Below, in pieces: positions 12,738 through 27,402 of a stretch of 64,000 nucleotides of DNA. Made by a program: the position numbers and the translations under genes. The stretch lies in NCBI GenBank assembly GCA_004022145.1, contig RCNU01000006.1, one strand, 5' to 3'. This stretch comes from Paecilomyces variotii. Lineage: Eukaryota. Position 1 is the first letter of the stretch; every line of letters starts with the position of its first letter. The notes beneath the pieces are model-generated. The model was not told the origin of the DNA and ran no database searches. It was given only the letters and a program-made list of their open reading frames with translations.

Positions 12738-15700
12738 ATGACCAACCACTTGACGGCGGAGCCCCTAACGTCTGGCCCAACTTTCAACTGGTAGGGTTCT
12801 TAGCGGGGTGATACACTTGTTGTTATCGATGCGGCTGACGATATCATAGGTTTTTCCTGGTTGAGCTCATTGTCTCCGGCGTTCTGTAAGTGGGCAGCTG
12901 CTGTCTATCCGTCCAACTGCTAATTGCTGTTTCAGCTCCTTGTTCTTCCTGTTCTACTTCAATCGCCTTTTCGCGACCCTCGTCTCCTATGGTATACGAG
13001 CGTATACATGGCACTATTATCGCGCCTATATCGATATCCATGCTCTCCAGATCTCTCTGCTCGGAGGGAGGATCTTCTTCAAAGGTATCAGATACCATGG
13101 AGTGAACGAAACTGTCCTGGTCCATGGAGGCTATGTGACTTGGAACTACTGGAAACGGAAAGTGAAGCAGTTGGGTCTGTCAAAGGAAGGAATACCCGAT
13201 TCTCGACTTGGACAAGATGCACGAGGCGATGATAGCGGGAGCCAGAATGCTAGTCGAGAGAAGGGCAGCGTAGAGGGAGATGACAATCTTCCCTGCCGTA
13301 TTGGAGTGACTCTTTATGGACTGGAATGGTTTCTTTACAACAAAACCCCTGCATACGACAGTATTCTGGAAGGATTCGGCCACCGTCCGGAGCATCAGCC
13401 CTCCCCGAGTGAGAGTGATGCTTTGTTTCCATCTGTTTCAGGAGAATCGAGCAGCTATCAGAGTAATACTCAAGGTGCTATGAAAGATGGGTTGGCGGCC
13501 AAGCGGACTTACACTAACTCTTCTTCCCCGACGAGTCCTTCCATGGGAGCTGCGTCTCCTAAAGATTCCTTTAGACCTACTAGAAATGATACGGCGTTTT
13601 CCACCATCAGAGACGTTACTGATGATCATCAACCAGAAGCTAGCCCATCGATTTTGCTCCAGCTTTTGCCGTTGAGGATAAAATGTACTAAGGGCGCCAT
13701 CGTTGTGGGCAACGAGAATACGCGGACCGTCTTGACCACGACGTTTGCGAAGGCCAACGGGACGATTGACGCAACAGATGCTGGCCCACTTGACTTGTAC
13801 AGGCAAATATTTGCTTTTGAGATGGACCATCCCGTGGTGCAAATGCGGCCGAATCCAGATTACAAGCAGTCTCAGCTCTCGGCCGCCAAGGGGATAGGCG
13901 CTCTAAAAGAAGAAAGCCCTGGAACTTCGTACAAGCCGACTTTCCACATCAACTATCAGCTTCGCAAGCAGAGACTGTGGCACAGTATTCGTGATCTTGT
14001 TCCGTACTTTCAGAAGTCGGTAGAGTCGTTCCATATCGGCCATAGTGCAAAGGCAACAGCAGCGTCAGCAAATCAACCAGGACATCGCGGTGCGACTCGA
14101 TGGATTGGATTGACGAGGTATCTTGACGATGATTACCAAGATGAGCATGAAGGCTGGAATGAAATCGAATATGGCAGATTCTCGACTATAATGGATTGTC
14201 CTCGTGTTTCCGTCAGTTACTATTGGGACATTCCCGGCAAGGTGTCCCCTGAGCATGCCTTGCTACCATCCTTGAAGGCACCGGGAGATATCAACGGAGC
14301 CCATCCGCCAAAATGGGGCCTAGATGTGAAGGTCAACGGTGGCATGATAAATTACGGGCCCTGGGCGGACAGAGAACGCGTGGGACTGCAAACTGTATTC
14401 TTCCCGAATCCATACAGAAGCTCGGAGCCAGAGAAGCCGTTAAACGCAGGAGAAACAAGACGAAGTACATCTTTCAAGCTTCTCATAGAGATTGATGAAG
14501 AGACCACGTTGCGGATTCCGACGAGGGAGCCATCGAAAGACTGGCAATGGAAGGGTCGCGCTGATGCCATAAAGGACGCAGCGAGGCTGAAGAAACAGAA
14601 ACAGAAGAGAACCACCCGCAACAATGAGGGAGATAAGGGAAATGCTGGACCAGATATACGTCCCTTCGGATGGTTATCACTTCGACTAGCACGCGACTCC
14701 ACGATCACATACACTATGGATATGGTTGCTTCCCCGACGGGATACCGGAACCACGTCAACTTAGACCTTCGGGATACGAAGTTGTCGACCAGTGTCAACC
14801 ATGGCTTACTCTGGCAGTGCCCGCGGCAAATAGTGTCCTGTGACCTGTCCAATCCACTCGTCTGGAATAGTCCCCGTAAATGGGATTTCAACGTGGAAAG
14901 CAGTGATCTGGAATTGTTCTTGCTTCGTGACCATATATTCTTGATCACGGATCTCGTGACTGACTGGACGACTGGACCACCTGCGGATTACTATACCTTC
15001 GTGCCGTTCACCTATAACATCAACCTTACTTTTACTGATTTCAAACTGTTCGTGAACGTTAACGACTCGAATATCATCAGTAACCCTTCTGATCTGGAAG
15101 ATAACACTTTCGTGGTGATAAAAGGGAAACGATTGGCAGCAGATGTTGGAATTCCTATGACCAAGTTCAGACCTGATCTGAATGCTGTGCTGTTCAACGT
15201 CAGTCTGCACAAAGGCGCTATAGATGTGGTGACGCCAGTGTGGAACACATTGCGTACCTTTCTCACCAATAAGTCGGTTGCTGTCCTGGAGAGTCTCGCC
15301 ATCGACGGAAGCTACACTTATCATCTCTCCACGTCTCCAGCACTGACGGACACTCTTGTGCTCAATGTTGCAGGTTTAGGTCCCAAACTGTACCTGTATG
15401 GTTTTCTGATGCGGTACTTCATGAAGATAAAAGACAACTACTTTGGGGAAGAAATGCACTTCAAAACGCTCGAGGAGTTCCAAGAGTCGGCCAATTCGGA
15501 AAGTCCCACCGAACACCATGGGCTCAATCCGGGGAGAAAGTCCAATGATCTTGATGTGATCATACATGTCAGCGTCGATAACGCTTGCGCTCTTTTGCCG
15601 GCGAACATTTATGACCGCCGAAACAGTATACGATTGACAACCACATCTATCGAGGCAGACATGAGGTTCACAAATTATTATATGGATTTGGAAACTTCTA

Positions 15701-18700
15701 TAAGCCCTCTGGAAGCCGCGCTAGAAACCATCACATCTGAATCCTCTACAGAGATATCTAACGCACAACTATTTATCGACGGTCTCTCAATTTATGGTCA
15801 TAGGCTTTTTGGCCTACCTCCTGCAGAACCAACCTATGTGTGCAACTGGGACTTCCGCCTCGGAGACGTTGCGGGAGAGTGTTCCGTGGAATTCCTGAGA
15901 CATATGGTGACAGCCATCCGAAGCTTCGACTTCTCCCTTGACGACAAAGAAAACGCGCTTCCGGAATTGTTACCAGTTGCTTTACACGATGTCACTTTTC
16001 TGAGAGCTACAATAGACTCCATACACTTATCGGTTATTGTCGACGTCACGGCTCTTATTTTGAGAACTGGTACGGTGACTCTGCAGTTTAATGACTGGGC
16101 AGATTTTATGTTCTCGAAAAGACTCGATGTTGGCGTGCCGAACTTGACTGTTGCTGCTGTCGATCGTAGATCCGCTGCACGATTTCAAGGAAGGCATTAC
16201 GAGTCCGTGTTAACACATGCCCTGTTTCGGACAGAAATTGCCTTCAAAATGGCTCAACGAAAGCCAAACTTCGATGAGGATCGCCGCTTACAACAGGAAC
16301 ATATTAGAGTACATGACCAAAGAACTAACAGGACACCCTGGTTACTATTTGATATGGAAGCGGCTGACACGGGCTCGTCGCATCCAAACGGCAACAAAGT
16401 GGGCCCTCCCGCTATGCCAGTTCCTTTTATGCCAGACCCCGTTGCAAATATGGATAGTATCGTGGATACCTTGTCTTCTCGAGGGCCGTCTATATTCCGG
16501 GGGAACTTGGGTCGGAAGAGCTCGTTCTTATCTGATTCTCCTAGCCTGAATACAACCAGGAATGCCACCGGACGATCTGTCCGTGTGGCCTCTGACGGGC
16601 AGTCCAGTAGGCTATCGAGCCGTGGCTCCCTTTTTCATGATGACGCCGGCCGGAAGAGCAGGACTCACCAGTCGACCCATATGATGGACGGTACATCAGC
16701 TCGATACGGTGACACGAATTGGAAGGACGCCCATTCAGGTATAAATGGAGTTTCCAGTGCGTGGGCGATGCCGCATTTTGCTCTTCATCATGTGGAACCG
16801 GACACTAGTAATTTGCCGTCGCTTCCATCCGACGTGCATGGCTGGAATTCAAATGCTGTCGACTACGGGGCCATGGGCGGATCTGCTTCTTTGGAAGATA
16901 GCAGTGGCACTCAGTTAAACTTCTTCTGCGAGTTGTCGACAGGTCTGACAGGGTTCTGTGCGCCCGAGTTTCTACATGTTGTATCTTCAGTCGTCGAGGG
17001 GATGCAGCCGGATCACCCCGTGGATGTTCTTGATTCACTTCAGATCGATGTTATGTCCGATATTGCCAACCAGGAAAAGTTAATAGACAAGCCGAGAACG
17101 ACAACGAGTATCTCGATTCGTGTTCCCTTGACGAGACTGAGACTTCTCAATTCAGCGGCATCTTCTGATCCGAGCGGCCAGTGCCGATTCCATGATGAGT
17201 ACAACGTTGAGATCTCGCGTCTTGCAACGGCATTCAGAACCAAAGTGGAGCGTCGGAAGGATGACCTCCAGGAGGGTATACAGCGGAGCTTGGTCGTGCA
17301 TGCGTCTACTGATTCCCTGTTATTTGGCGTGGAGGGTAGACGCACTGATTCTGCTCAAGGCAAGGCAGAATTTAACTTCGTCGGAAGAGACATGAACTTC
17401 TGGTTGGTGATAGCGCCGGACGTGCGTTCTCATCTTCAAATGCGAACGATCGAAACTGCAACTTCAAGCAAATCTGTGGAACAGCTGGCATTTCTAGTCA
17501 AGCGAACGACGACTATGTTCGACTCGGTCGCGTCATCATTCCAGCACGCATCATATGTTGGCGCCAGTCGATCACGATTATTGATCTACTCCCTCTCACA
17601 GAAAGCTCCAGGTATACCAGACCCTTTATTTTTGACACGGCCGTCATACGTTTTGCGAGTTGCACGTACGCATCTGAGACTCCATGACTCCTGGAAAATA
17701 ATTTCGCGTCTTCGCGCTATCTACCAGAGTTTATCAGTAGATCGGCAGCGAGAATTGGAAGGGATATGCGTTGATACGAAAGCTAAGCTCCCAGAGAATG
17801 CTAGAGAAACTGTTCTCTCAACTTTCGATGAGTGGCGCACCTGGGATCTGGCCCATGTCGAAAAGAGCCATATAATGAGAAAGGTCTGGGGCCCCTCTGT
17901 TGCCGCCAGTGAGGCTGCGACATCACAGCCCCTGACCCTTTCGGTGGACGTGAGAACATTCAGGTTCTCTGTTGATCCAGGCCCGAGGGAGAGTGGGATT
18001 ACGGTTGAAAACTTGTCCACCGCCTTAGCTATTGAGCCTCGAAAGGGCGAGGATATACCTGCAGCGCAGCGGCCAAGAACCGCTATTGTTCTCCGATCTT
18101 ACTGCTCTTCAGCAGCGTTGCAATTGCGGTGGGAGATATTGGATCTGGTGGAAGTAGTGACAAAAACCATGTCGAATGTGACTTTGGAATCTACTACTCC
18201 TCCCGGCGCCTCAGACAATACCGGACCTGGACCTCTGGAGTTGCAGGTTGTCGTCGGCACGGATCTCGGTACTATCACGATTGAGGGCATTAACCTGCGA
18301 ATTGCCCTTATTGGACAAGCTCTCAAGGGTTCTTTCGTGGGACAGACAGAGAAGGGCAACATGTCTGATGAACTCAGTGTGCTCCTCGCCGCAGAGGCCA
18401 CTTCAGCAGAGATCTCAGATCGTTTCAAGTTGCTAATCCTTGCAAGAGTCTGGGACCCTACTGTCTATCTTTCCTACGTATTACAAGACAAGGAATCTCT
18501 TTTGGAGCATGACTGGAAGATTGCTGGATCGTGCAAGAGGCTCCGATTTGACACGAAAGAAGACCCTCTAGGTCTAGTCCAAGCGGCAGACAGGGTAGTC
18601 GAAGACGAAGTTAGATACGTTCGCGAACTGATGAGGAATATTGACGTGCCAAAGGCCCAACCGGCTCCGCCTGCATCCAACGTGAAACGAAGCCATCATC

Positions 18701-21700
18701 ATTTCCAAGCTGCCACGTTCTTGGACGATTATCGTATCACATTCTCCCTCCTCCCATCGTTGACTTACATGATTGCTGGAGAGGTCGCTCGAATGTCAAT
18801 CGTCCCTAGAAGGGATACTAAACTGGAGGTGGACTTTGATGTAAAATCCAATTCCCACGTATTCCAGTCTCTTGAAGGAACTACGTGGCACACGGTATCC
18901 GCTCTACGGATACCACCGATCAACGGCCGAGTGCTTGTCAAATTGGCTCCGGTCACAACTTTAGAGGCGGATGTCACAATTGAGCTTATACGTCTGCAGG
19001 CTAGTGCAGTGCGGAGCCTGCTGAGCGCAGTAAATGGCCCTGAAATATCGCACCTTGTTTCCGATTTGAAAGATAGTGTCGATGCACTTCGCGTGCGCCT
19101 TAGCAACGTCCTCGACCTGGAGAAGCCAAAGACGCAGTTGAAGGCACCACCGGACGGAGGCGATCTGCTCTACAAAGTCCGCCTTACGATGGCCGGCATG
19201 AGCATTCATGCGCGCGCTCCAGGTCTCAAGAGCAAGCAGTACTCCGCCGATATGGAGTTCAGCTTTGGGATGGTACAGATGCGACTTGATAATGGCTCGG
19301 AGCAAGGGAAGCCTCTCGACCTTCCGGAATTCCATGTTAATGTCTCTCAGATAAGCCTTGATATTAGGAAGAGAGACCATTCTACGAGTCACTCTTACGG
19401 TAATTTCGTTCTCGACGTCGGAGTTGTGGGCACGTCCAGGATAAACGAGACAGGACAGCTGGTGCGAGCGTACTACTTGACCAGCAAGGGTCTTGAAGTT
19501 GAGCTTTGTGCCGTAACTGCGTCACTGGTTGTTGACATTGCAGCTCATCTACAAGAGCGGATTAAGACACTTGACGTATCTCATGAAGTCAAGCGTTTGA
19601 AGAAGCTGCGGCATCGGGCTCAGCCCGAGGCCAAGCCCAAGGCTGCTGAAGTGCCTAGCATCGAAGTTCAGGATGAGATAAGTTCGGACAACCTTTTCAA
19701 CGCCATATATTCTGTGGAACTTTTCAACATGCAAGTGAGCTGGATTATGGCAGGTAGCCAGTCAAGCTCACCTGAACGAGAACCAGAAGACCTGGTTTTC
19801 TCAATCAGACATGCTGCCGTATCAACGCAGAAACAAAATGCTGCGAAACTTCGCATCGAGGATATGCAACTACAGATGGTCCCGCAATCCCATGATCGCA
19901 AGAACCGAACGTTGAACTCAGCCTTGATGCCGGAGATAGTTTTCAACGTGGCTTATTTGTCAACGAAGAACGACATTCGTCTAGCTTTCCAAGCCGCTGG
20001 AAAGTCTTTGGATATTCGAGCAACCTCCGAGTTCATTCTGCCTGCCAGCCTGCTTCAGCATTCTATCGCTTCTGCGAGCGAGGAACTGCGGGAAGCGAAC
20101 GCTATATGGGCTACGGCGCCTTCCCCAGTGAATGATAAAGAGCGCGGACTCTTTGGGAATAAACGCCTCGCATCCTTCCTTATTGATGTTGACTTCGCTG
20201 GTGCTATAGTGACCCTTCAAGGAAAGCGGATGGACCATCAACAGACGATGCTCACCGCCGCGTTGAAAGGCACTCGACCGCCAGAGGGTAGGTTTGGGCA
20301 ATACGTGCAAGGTGAGCCAGCGACTACAGCGTCGCTGCGTGCTCCAGGTGTTGCCCTGAAAGTTCAATACGAAGACAATGGGACAGACGATCAGACCCTA
20401 AATGCGGAACTCAAGGTTGACCCGTCGACGAATGTGCTGTATCCAACAGTTGTGCCTCTGATCAAGCAGATTAGTGCCAGCATAAAAGAAGTTGTGGGAG
20501 AGCAAGAACGCGGCGCGCAAGAGTCGACAAGTAAACTCCAAGCCCAGAAGCTCATGCCTGATACATCGCTGAGTGCCAACGATCCTGATACGATTCTCGG
20601 GCGATGCAAGCTTAACGTGGGCATGTGGATCTGCAAACAGGAGTTTAGTCTGAGTTGCCAGCCCATTGCACGAGTAGCAGCCACTGCGCAGTTTGAGAGC
20701 ATCTATATGACGGTCAATACTGTTCAATCGGCCGAACAACGGCGGTTCTTTGCTATCCTGGTGGCTTTCAATTCTCTACAAGCCTCGGTGAAACACGTGT
20801 ATTCGCATGAATCGACAGCCAGTTTCGAAGTGGAAAAGATGGTCATGTCTCTTATGAATAGTAAACACGTCAGCGCTAACAACGGCATATCCGCCATCCT
20901 CAAAGTGAGCCCACTGAAGACATTAGTCAATGTGAAGCAGCTGCAGGACTTCCTTCTTTTCCGAGAGATATGGGTGCCCTCCAGTGATGATCAGTCCGGC
21001 CCTGAGAGCCGTGAGCCACCCCGATCACCGTCTTCAGATAGCCAACCTTACATGGTGCAACGGTATCAGCAAGTCGCTTGTACAGGTGCCTTCCCGTGGA
21101 ATTCCACACTGGCCATTGATGAACTGGAGATTCAACTTGACCTGGGCCAGACTGTAGGAAAGTCTCAGTTCACCATCAAAGACCTGTGGTTGTCCTCGAA
21201 AAAGAACTCTGATTGGGAGCAGAACCTCTGTGTCGGCTTCCGGACCATGACAATCGAAAGCAAAGGAAGGATGAGCGGACTGGTGGAGCTAGCTAATTTG
21301 AAAGCCCGCACATTCATCAAGTTTTCTGGGGACAGTCCAGTTCTGGGCCAGACGCCATTGATTCAAGCGTCCGTTGCGTTCGACTCTCTGCAGGCTAAGG
21401 TCTCCTTCGAGTATCAGCCATTCCTGGTAGCTGATATATCTATGTTTGAATTCCTGATGTACAACGTCCGGAATACGTCAGGGCCGCAACAAGACCGCCT
21501 TGTCAGTATTCTGGAAGGAGAAAAGGTTCAAGTCTTCTGCACGACGTTGACTGCATCCCAGTCTGTGGGTCTTCTACAAGCGTGGCAGCGTCTGGCTCAG
21601 GATAAACAGGCCGCGTATGAAGCATCGCTCAAAGACATTGAGAGATATCTCCGTCGCAAATCGTCTGTGGCCAGCGAAAAAATCAACCTCCGCCCCGACG

Positions 21701-22530
21701 ATGCGGCCAGACGCAAAGAGGAATCTGAAAAGGCACCGATCTCGTTGCATACTGATGTAGTCGTGAGCATCCGGGCGGTGAATGTGGGGGCCTTCCCTAG
21801 CACCTTCATCGACAGTCAACTCTTCAAGATGGAAGCACTGGACACACAGGCTCGTTTCGCCGTTGCACTCGAGGACGGAAGGATTCACAGTGCCTTGGGC
21901 CTCACCCTGGGACAGCTACGGGTGGCCCTCTCCAACGTCAATCGGCCTAGTCTGCCTACGTACTCTTCGGACGAGCTGTCCGTCGACGATGTTGCCAACC
22001 GTGGCACCGGCTCCCGAGGCGGCACGATCCTGAAGGTGCCCCGTGTCGTTGCCAGCATGGAGACTTGGCAGCGTCCCGGGACAAACGACATCGAGTACAT
22101 CTTCAAGAGTGCCTTCGAGGGCAAAGTGGACGTCGGATGGAACTATTCACGCATTAGCTTCATCCGGGGCATGTGGATGAACCATTCGCGCGCGCTTGCG
22201 AGCCGACTGGGGAAGCCCTTGCCGCCGTCCGCCGTCCGGATTACTGGGGGCCCACGACCTGAGGGCGCGGGCGGCGAGTTCGACGAGCAAGAGAAGATCA
22301 CGGCGGTGGTGAACATGCCTCAGTCACGATATACTTACCTGGCACTGGAGCCGCCAGTGATCGAGACTCCGCAGCTCCGGGACATGGGCGAAGCCACCCC
22401 GCCGCTGGAATGGATCGGTCTACACCGTGACAAGCTACCTAATGTCACCCACCAGATCATCATTGTCACCTTGCTGGAGGTAGCTAAGGAAGTTGAGGAT
22501 GCATATTCGAAGATTCTGGGATCCTCATGA
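12738..22530 (+). CDS. CSF1: Csf1 / bridge-like lipid transfer protein (BLTP1 family), about 3,200 aa
   Basis: Exons 12738-12790, 12850-12885, 12936-22530. N-terminal TM segment then FLFYFNRLFA, SLLGGRIFFK, YGPWADRER; C-terminal PQLRDMGEATPPLEWIG. Confidence 0.9.
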
Positions 22531-23890
22531 GGGTGGGGAAGACATGAGCATTACTGAGCATTACGCTGCATTAGTGATACCCGGTTTCTCTCTCTTCTCC
22601 CCCTTCCTCCTCTTACAGGAAGGAGTTAGGCGTCAATCATTGTCATCCTCAACGGGATCATGACCTATCACCACCAATGGCGTTGCAAGGAGCGATCACT
22701 GTATTATTTGTCTCTTTGTATTATTGTCCAGTTTAGCAGCTATAAAATCCCATAGGAACCATGTGTACAGTAGAGAGAAATTATTATTTGTTTAGAGATA
22801 GTAACATGATGTTATCCAAACATACCATGAGCAACATAACATAAAACTCGACCCTAGTCTAGAGCTGATGACGATCAATCCAAAATCCTTCTTATTATTA
22901 TTATTAGTATTATCCTCCTCTATCCTTATCCTCGCAAGTTCACTCGCGTACATTAGTCAACTACGATCCTCGTCTTAATAATTGAACCCATTAAATCCTA
23001 ACGCCGAGCAGACCAAGTGGGGAAGCGGTGAGATGAAGAAACCCCTCATTGGACCGCCACCAGGGCTCAGCAACGGTCACGTTGTCAGGCCAGCGAACGA
23101 AACTGGAGGGAAAGTTGAGCTGGCACACGCTGTGACGAGAAGATCATCAGATACCTTAGTAGGGTGGGGGATGGAGGAGAAGGATTCTCTGCTCGTAGAA
23201 TAATAGAAGAAGACATGGGGAAAAGAAAAAGATAAGACGAGGAGTGATGGGGATAATATATGGATAATTTAAAATGATATTGTTATTATTATTGCAGAGT
23301 AGAGAGTACTTGGAAGAGAGTATGACCCTCACTGATGACTTCAATGATAATTAATTAACCAAGTTGGGTGGCAAGATCCAAGCTGCACTCTTAACGATCC
23401 AAAGAGAATCAAAGAACGAAAAAAAAAAGAATAAAAAGATAAAAAAAAAATTACAAGTAACAAAACTGTCACTAGCAGACTAGACCGTCCGAAATAATAA
23501 TAAATAATAATAAAAGAGTTGCAACAGGCGAATTAAAAGAATGGTGTTCCCATACGGCGGGCTGGAAACGCACATCGAGATTGGAAATCGGCAAAAACCC
23601 TTTTCCCAGTCCCCACTAAATCCCCTCCTCGCAAGCTTTGCGCACTTACTTCACTGCTTCCCCTCTGCCCTTTTCCTCCTTCTTCCCTCTCTTCCCCTCC
23701 CGTGAAGCCTTCTTCCTTGTCTCAGGAGCAGAGCGTACACTAGGGTTTCCTCTCCAAAGAGCAAGAAACAACATCAGGTCGAGCTAGCTCTCGATCCTGA
23801 TCCTTTTGTGTGTCGTTTGTTCCTTTTTGTCCCGCATTCTTATCGCACAACCCCGCCTCTAGGGCTTTGCTCTGAGAAAAAACCGTCAAG

Positions 23891-26834
23891 ATGGTCAAGT
23901 AAGTCCCAACTCCCGACTACGTCCAAGATGAGAGGGCAAAAGAAGAGAAAATATTGAGCAGAAAGTTTTGGGATGATGGCTAACATGTCCTTGCGTACAG
24001 CTTCACCGTCGAGGAGGTTCGTTTTTTATTTTTTTTCTCTTTTCTTCTCCATCCCGCGCGCCCGCTTGGAGGGGACTTGCCCACCATCGGCGCCTGAGGA
24101 ATAAAAAAAAAACCTCCCAGAACAATGAACTGACCATGGACAGATCCGGGCCCTTATGGACCGCCCGGCCAACATCCGTAACATCTCCGTTATTGCTCAC
24201 GGTATGTAAATCGAATCTGTGATATTTTTCTGTCCCGGTTGGGATTTTCTCCGGTCGGGCAGAAAGCGAGGCAGCAGCGAAAAAAGAATGGAAATTTCTG
24301 ACCTTGATGACTAGTCGATCACGGAAAGTCCACCCTGACCGACTCCCTGGTCCAGCGTGCGGGTATTATCTCCGCTGCTAAGGCTGGTGAGGCTCGTTTC
24401 ACGGATACGCGTGCAGATGAGCAGGAGCGAGGCATTACCATCAAGTCCACTGCCATCTCCCTGTACGCTCACCTGACGGATGAGGAGGATGTCAAGGACA
24501 TCCCCCAGAAGGTCGATGGTAACGAGTTCTTGGTCAACCTGATCGACTCCCCCGGACACGTTGACTTCTCCTCCGAGGTCACTGCTGCCCTCCGTGTCAC
24601 CGATGGTGCCCTGGTCGTCGTCGACTGTATCTCCGGTGTCTGTGTCCAGACCGAGACTGTCCTGCGTCAGGCCCTGGGTGAGCGTATCAAGCCCGTCTGT
24701 ATCGTCAACAAGGTCGACCGTGCTCTGCTCGAGCTCCAGGTCTCCAAGGAGGACCTCTACCAGTCCTTCGCTCGTACCGTCGAGTCCATCAACGTCATCA
24801 TCGCCACCTACTTCGACAAGGCTCTCGGTGATGTCCAGGTCTACCCCGACAAGGGTACCATTGCTTTCGGTTCCGGTCTTCACGGCTGGGCCTTCACTGT
24901 CCGCCAGTTCGCGGCCAAGTACGCCAAGAAGTTCGGTGTTGACCGTAACAAGATGATGGAGCGTCTGTGGGGTGACAACTTCTTCAACCCCAAGACCAAG
25001 AAGTGGACCAAGACCGAGACCTACGAGGGCAAGCCCCTGGAGCGTGCCTTCAACCAGTTCATCCTGGACCCCATCTTCAAGATCTTCAACGCCGTCACCC
25101 ACTCCAAGAAGGAGGAGATCAACACCCTGATCGAGAAGCTGGATATCAAGCTCGCCAGCGACGAGAAGGAGCTCGAGGGCAAGCAGCTCCTCAAGGTCAT
25201 CATGCGCAAGTTCCTGCCTGCCGCTGATGCCATGTTGGAGATGATCGTTCTCCACCTGCCCTCTCCCGTCACTGCCCAGAAGTACCGTGCCGAGACTCTG
25301 TACGAGGGTCCCACTGACGACGAGGTCTGCATTGGTATCCGGGACTGCAACCCCAAGGCTCCTCTGATGCTCTACGTTTCCAAGATGGTGCCCACCTCCG
25401 ACAAGGGTCGTTTCTACGCCTTCGGTCGTGTCTTCGCCGGTACCGTCCGCTCCGGTATGAAGGTCCGCATCCAGGGTCCCAACTACACCCCTGGTAAGAA
25501 GGAGGACCTGTTCATCAAGGCCATCCAGCGTACCATTCTGATGATGGGTCGTTTCATTGAGCCCATTGAGGATGTCCCCGCCGGTAACATCCTGGGTCTG
25601 GTTGGTGTCGACCAGTTCCTGCTCAAGTCTGGTACCATCACCACCTCCGAGACTGCCCACAACCTCAAGGTCATGAAGTTCTCCGTCTCCCCCGTCGTCC
25701 AGCGTTCCGTTGAGGTCAAGAACGCCAACGACCTGCCCAAGCTGGTCGAGGGTCTCAAGCGTCTGTCCAAGTCCGACCCCTGTGTCCTGACCATGATCAA
25801 CGAGGCTGGTGAGCACATCGTTGCCGGTGCCGGTGAGCTGCACCTGGAGATCTGTCTGAAGGATCTCGAGGAGGACCACGCCGGTGTTCCCCTCCGTATC
25901 TCTGACCCCGTCGTCTCCTACCGTGAGACCGTCAGCGGCGAGTCTAGCATGACTGCCCTGTCCAAGTCTCCCAACAAGCACAACCGTCTGTACGTTACTG
26001 CTCAGCCTCTGGACGAGGAGGTCTCCAAGGCCATCGAGTCCGGCAAGATCTCCCCTCGTGACGATTTCAAGGCTCGTGCCCGTGTCCTTGCCGACGAGTA
26101 CGGCTGGGATGTCACCGACGCCCGTAAGATCTGGTGTTTCGGTCCCGACACCACCGGTGCCAACTTGCTGGTTGACCAGACCAAGGCTGTCCAGTACCTG
26201 AACGAAATCAAGGACTCCTTCGTCTCCGGTTTCCAGTGGGCTTCCCGTGAGGGTCCCATTGCTGAGGAGCCCATGCGCTCCATCCGCTTCAACATCATGG
26301 ATGTTACCCTGCACGCTGATGCCATTCACCGTGGTGGTGGTCAGATCCTGCCCACCGCTCGTCGTGTGCTGTACGCCGCTACCATGCTGGCTGACCCCGC
26401 TCTGCTCGAGCCCATCTTCAACGTCGAGATCCAGGTGCCCGAGCAGGCCATGGGTGGTATCTACGGTGTCCTCACCCGCCGTCGTGGTCACGTCTACACC
26501 GAGGAGCAGCGTCCCGGTACTCCTCTGTTCACCGTCAAGGCTTACCTGCCCGTCAACGAGTCCTTCGGCTTCACTGGCGATCTCCGTGCCGGTACCGGTG
26601 GTCAGGCCTTCCCCCAGTCCGTCTTCGACCACTGGGCCGTCCTCCCCGGTGGCTCGCCCCTCGACCCCACCACCAAGCCTGGTCAGGTCGTTGCTGAGAT
26701 GCGTAAGCGCAAGGGTCTCAAGGAGCAGGTTCCCGGCTACGAGAACGTAAGTTGTCTTCTTCCCGAACCCGACTGATAGTGTGATGAAGAAGATTAATTG
26801 CTAACGAAATCTGCAGTACTACGACAAGCTGTAA
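23891..26834 (+). CDS. EFT2: Translation elongation factor 2
   Basis: Exons 23891-23898, 24001-24016, 24144-24201, 24315-26746, 26817-26834. [27 protein letters not shown], diphthamide region [12 protein letters not shown], ends YYDKL. Strong C-ending codon bias. Confidence 0.98.
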
Positions 26835-27390
26835 ACAACTCAATGCCAGCCGGATAGACTTCCCGACAATGATATCTGGGATCCAGCCATTACGAGTGTG
26901 ACGACATAAAATAAAAAGCCCAGGTTAGGACAGTACAAAATCGGCGCCGTGGTGTGGAAATATGTTCCAGCGGGCAAGCTTCTGCATGAGGATGTCGGGG
27001 TGTGGCTAAGGGCCAATTGGGTTGTTCTTTGTCGAACTTGCTACTGCTTGACCTGCGAAAAATACCCTTGCCATCTCCGTCTTCCTAGTTTGGCTCAATA
27101 CCTCACGCTCGGGTTTCAAAATGCCTAGAGAGAGAGAAGTAGAATAAAGATGTGCGAGCATAGGAACAGCTTGTCTTTAATTTGGCCTCTTGTTACGTTA
27201 CGAATGTGGAATTTCCTTTGCTGTTCTCTAGTTTCATAGTTTGCCCCTGAAAATAAATACGGTAGTTCAATAACTGTGATTCGCGTAGCAGTAATAAATA
27301 ATACAACCACTTCTGTCCATTTGATCTTGGAACTTTCTGAGAAGAAATTGAAATTGATTCTTCTCCGTAGCAGTTTTGACACCATAGCTC

Positions 27391-27402
27391 CGTCACGTGA
27401 CG
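27391..27402. promoter_or_regulatory. Perfect 12-bp palindrome CGTCACGTGACG (bHLH E-box/Cbf1-type site)
   Basis: Read directly, about 400 bp upstream of the RBM26-like ATG. Other CACGTG cores lie near 2242, 40002, 41612 and 47622. Confidence 0.45.

Noticed and set aside
23741..23748. Telo-box-like TAGGGTTT upstream of eEF2
   Set aside because: A single 8-mer whose function is established mainly in plants; not distinguishable from chance here.
24311..26632. 773-aa antisense ORF over eEF2
   Set aside because: Shadow of eEF2 codon bias: avoiding TTA/CTA/TCA removes stops on the opposite strand. It is confined to the main exon.
26747..26816. C-box-like GTGATGA in the last eEF2 intron (snoRNA?)
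   Set aside because: No downstream D box (CTGA), and the 70-nt intron is too short.
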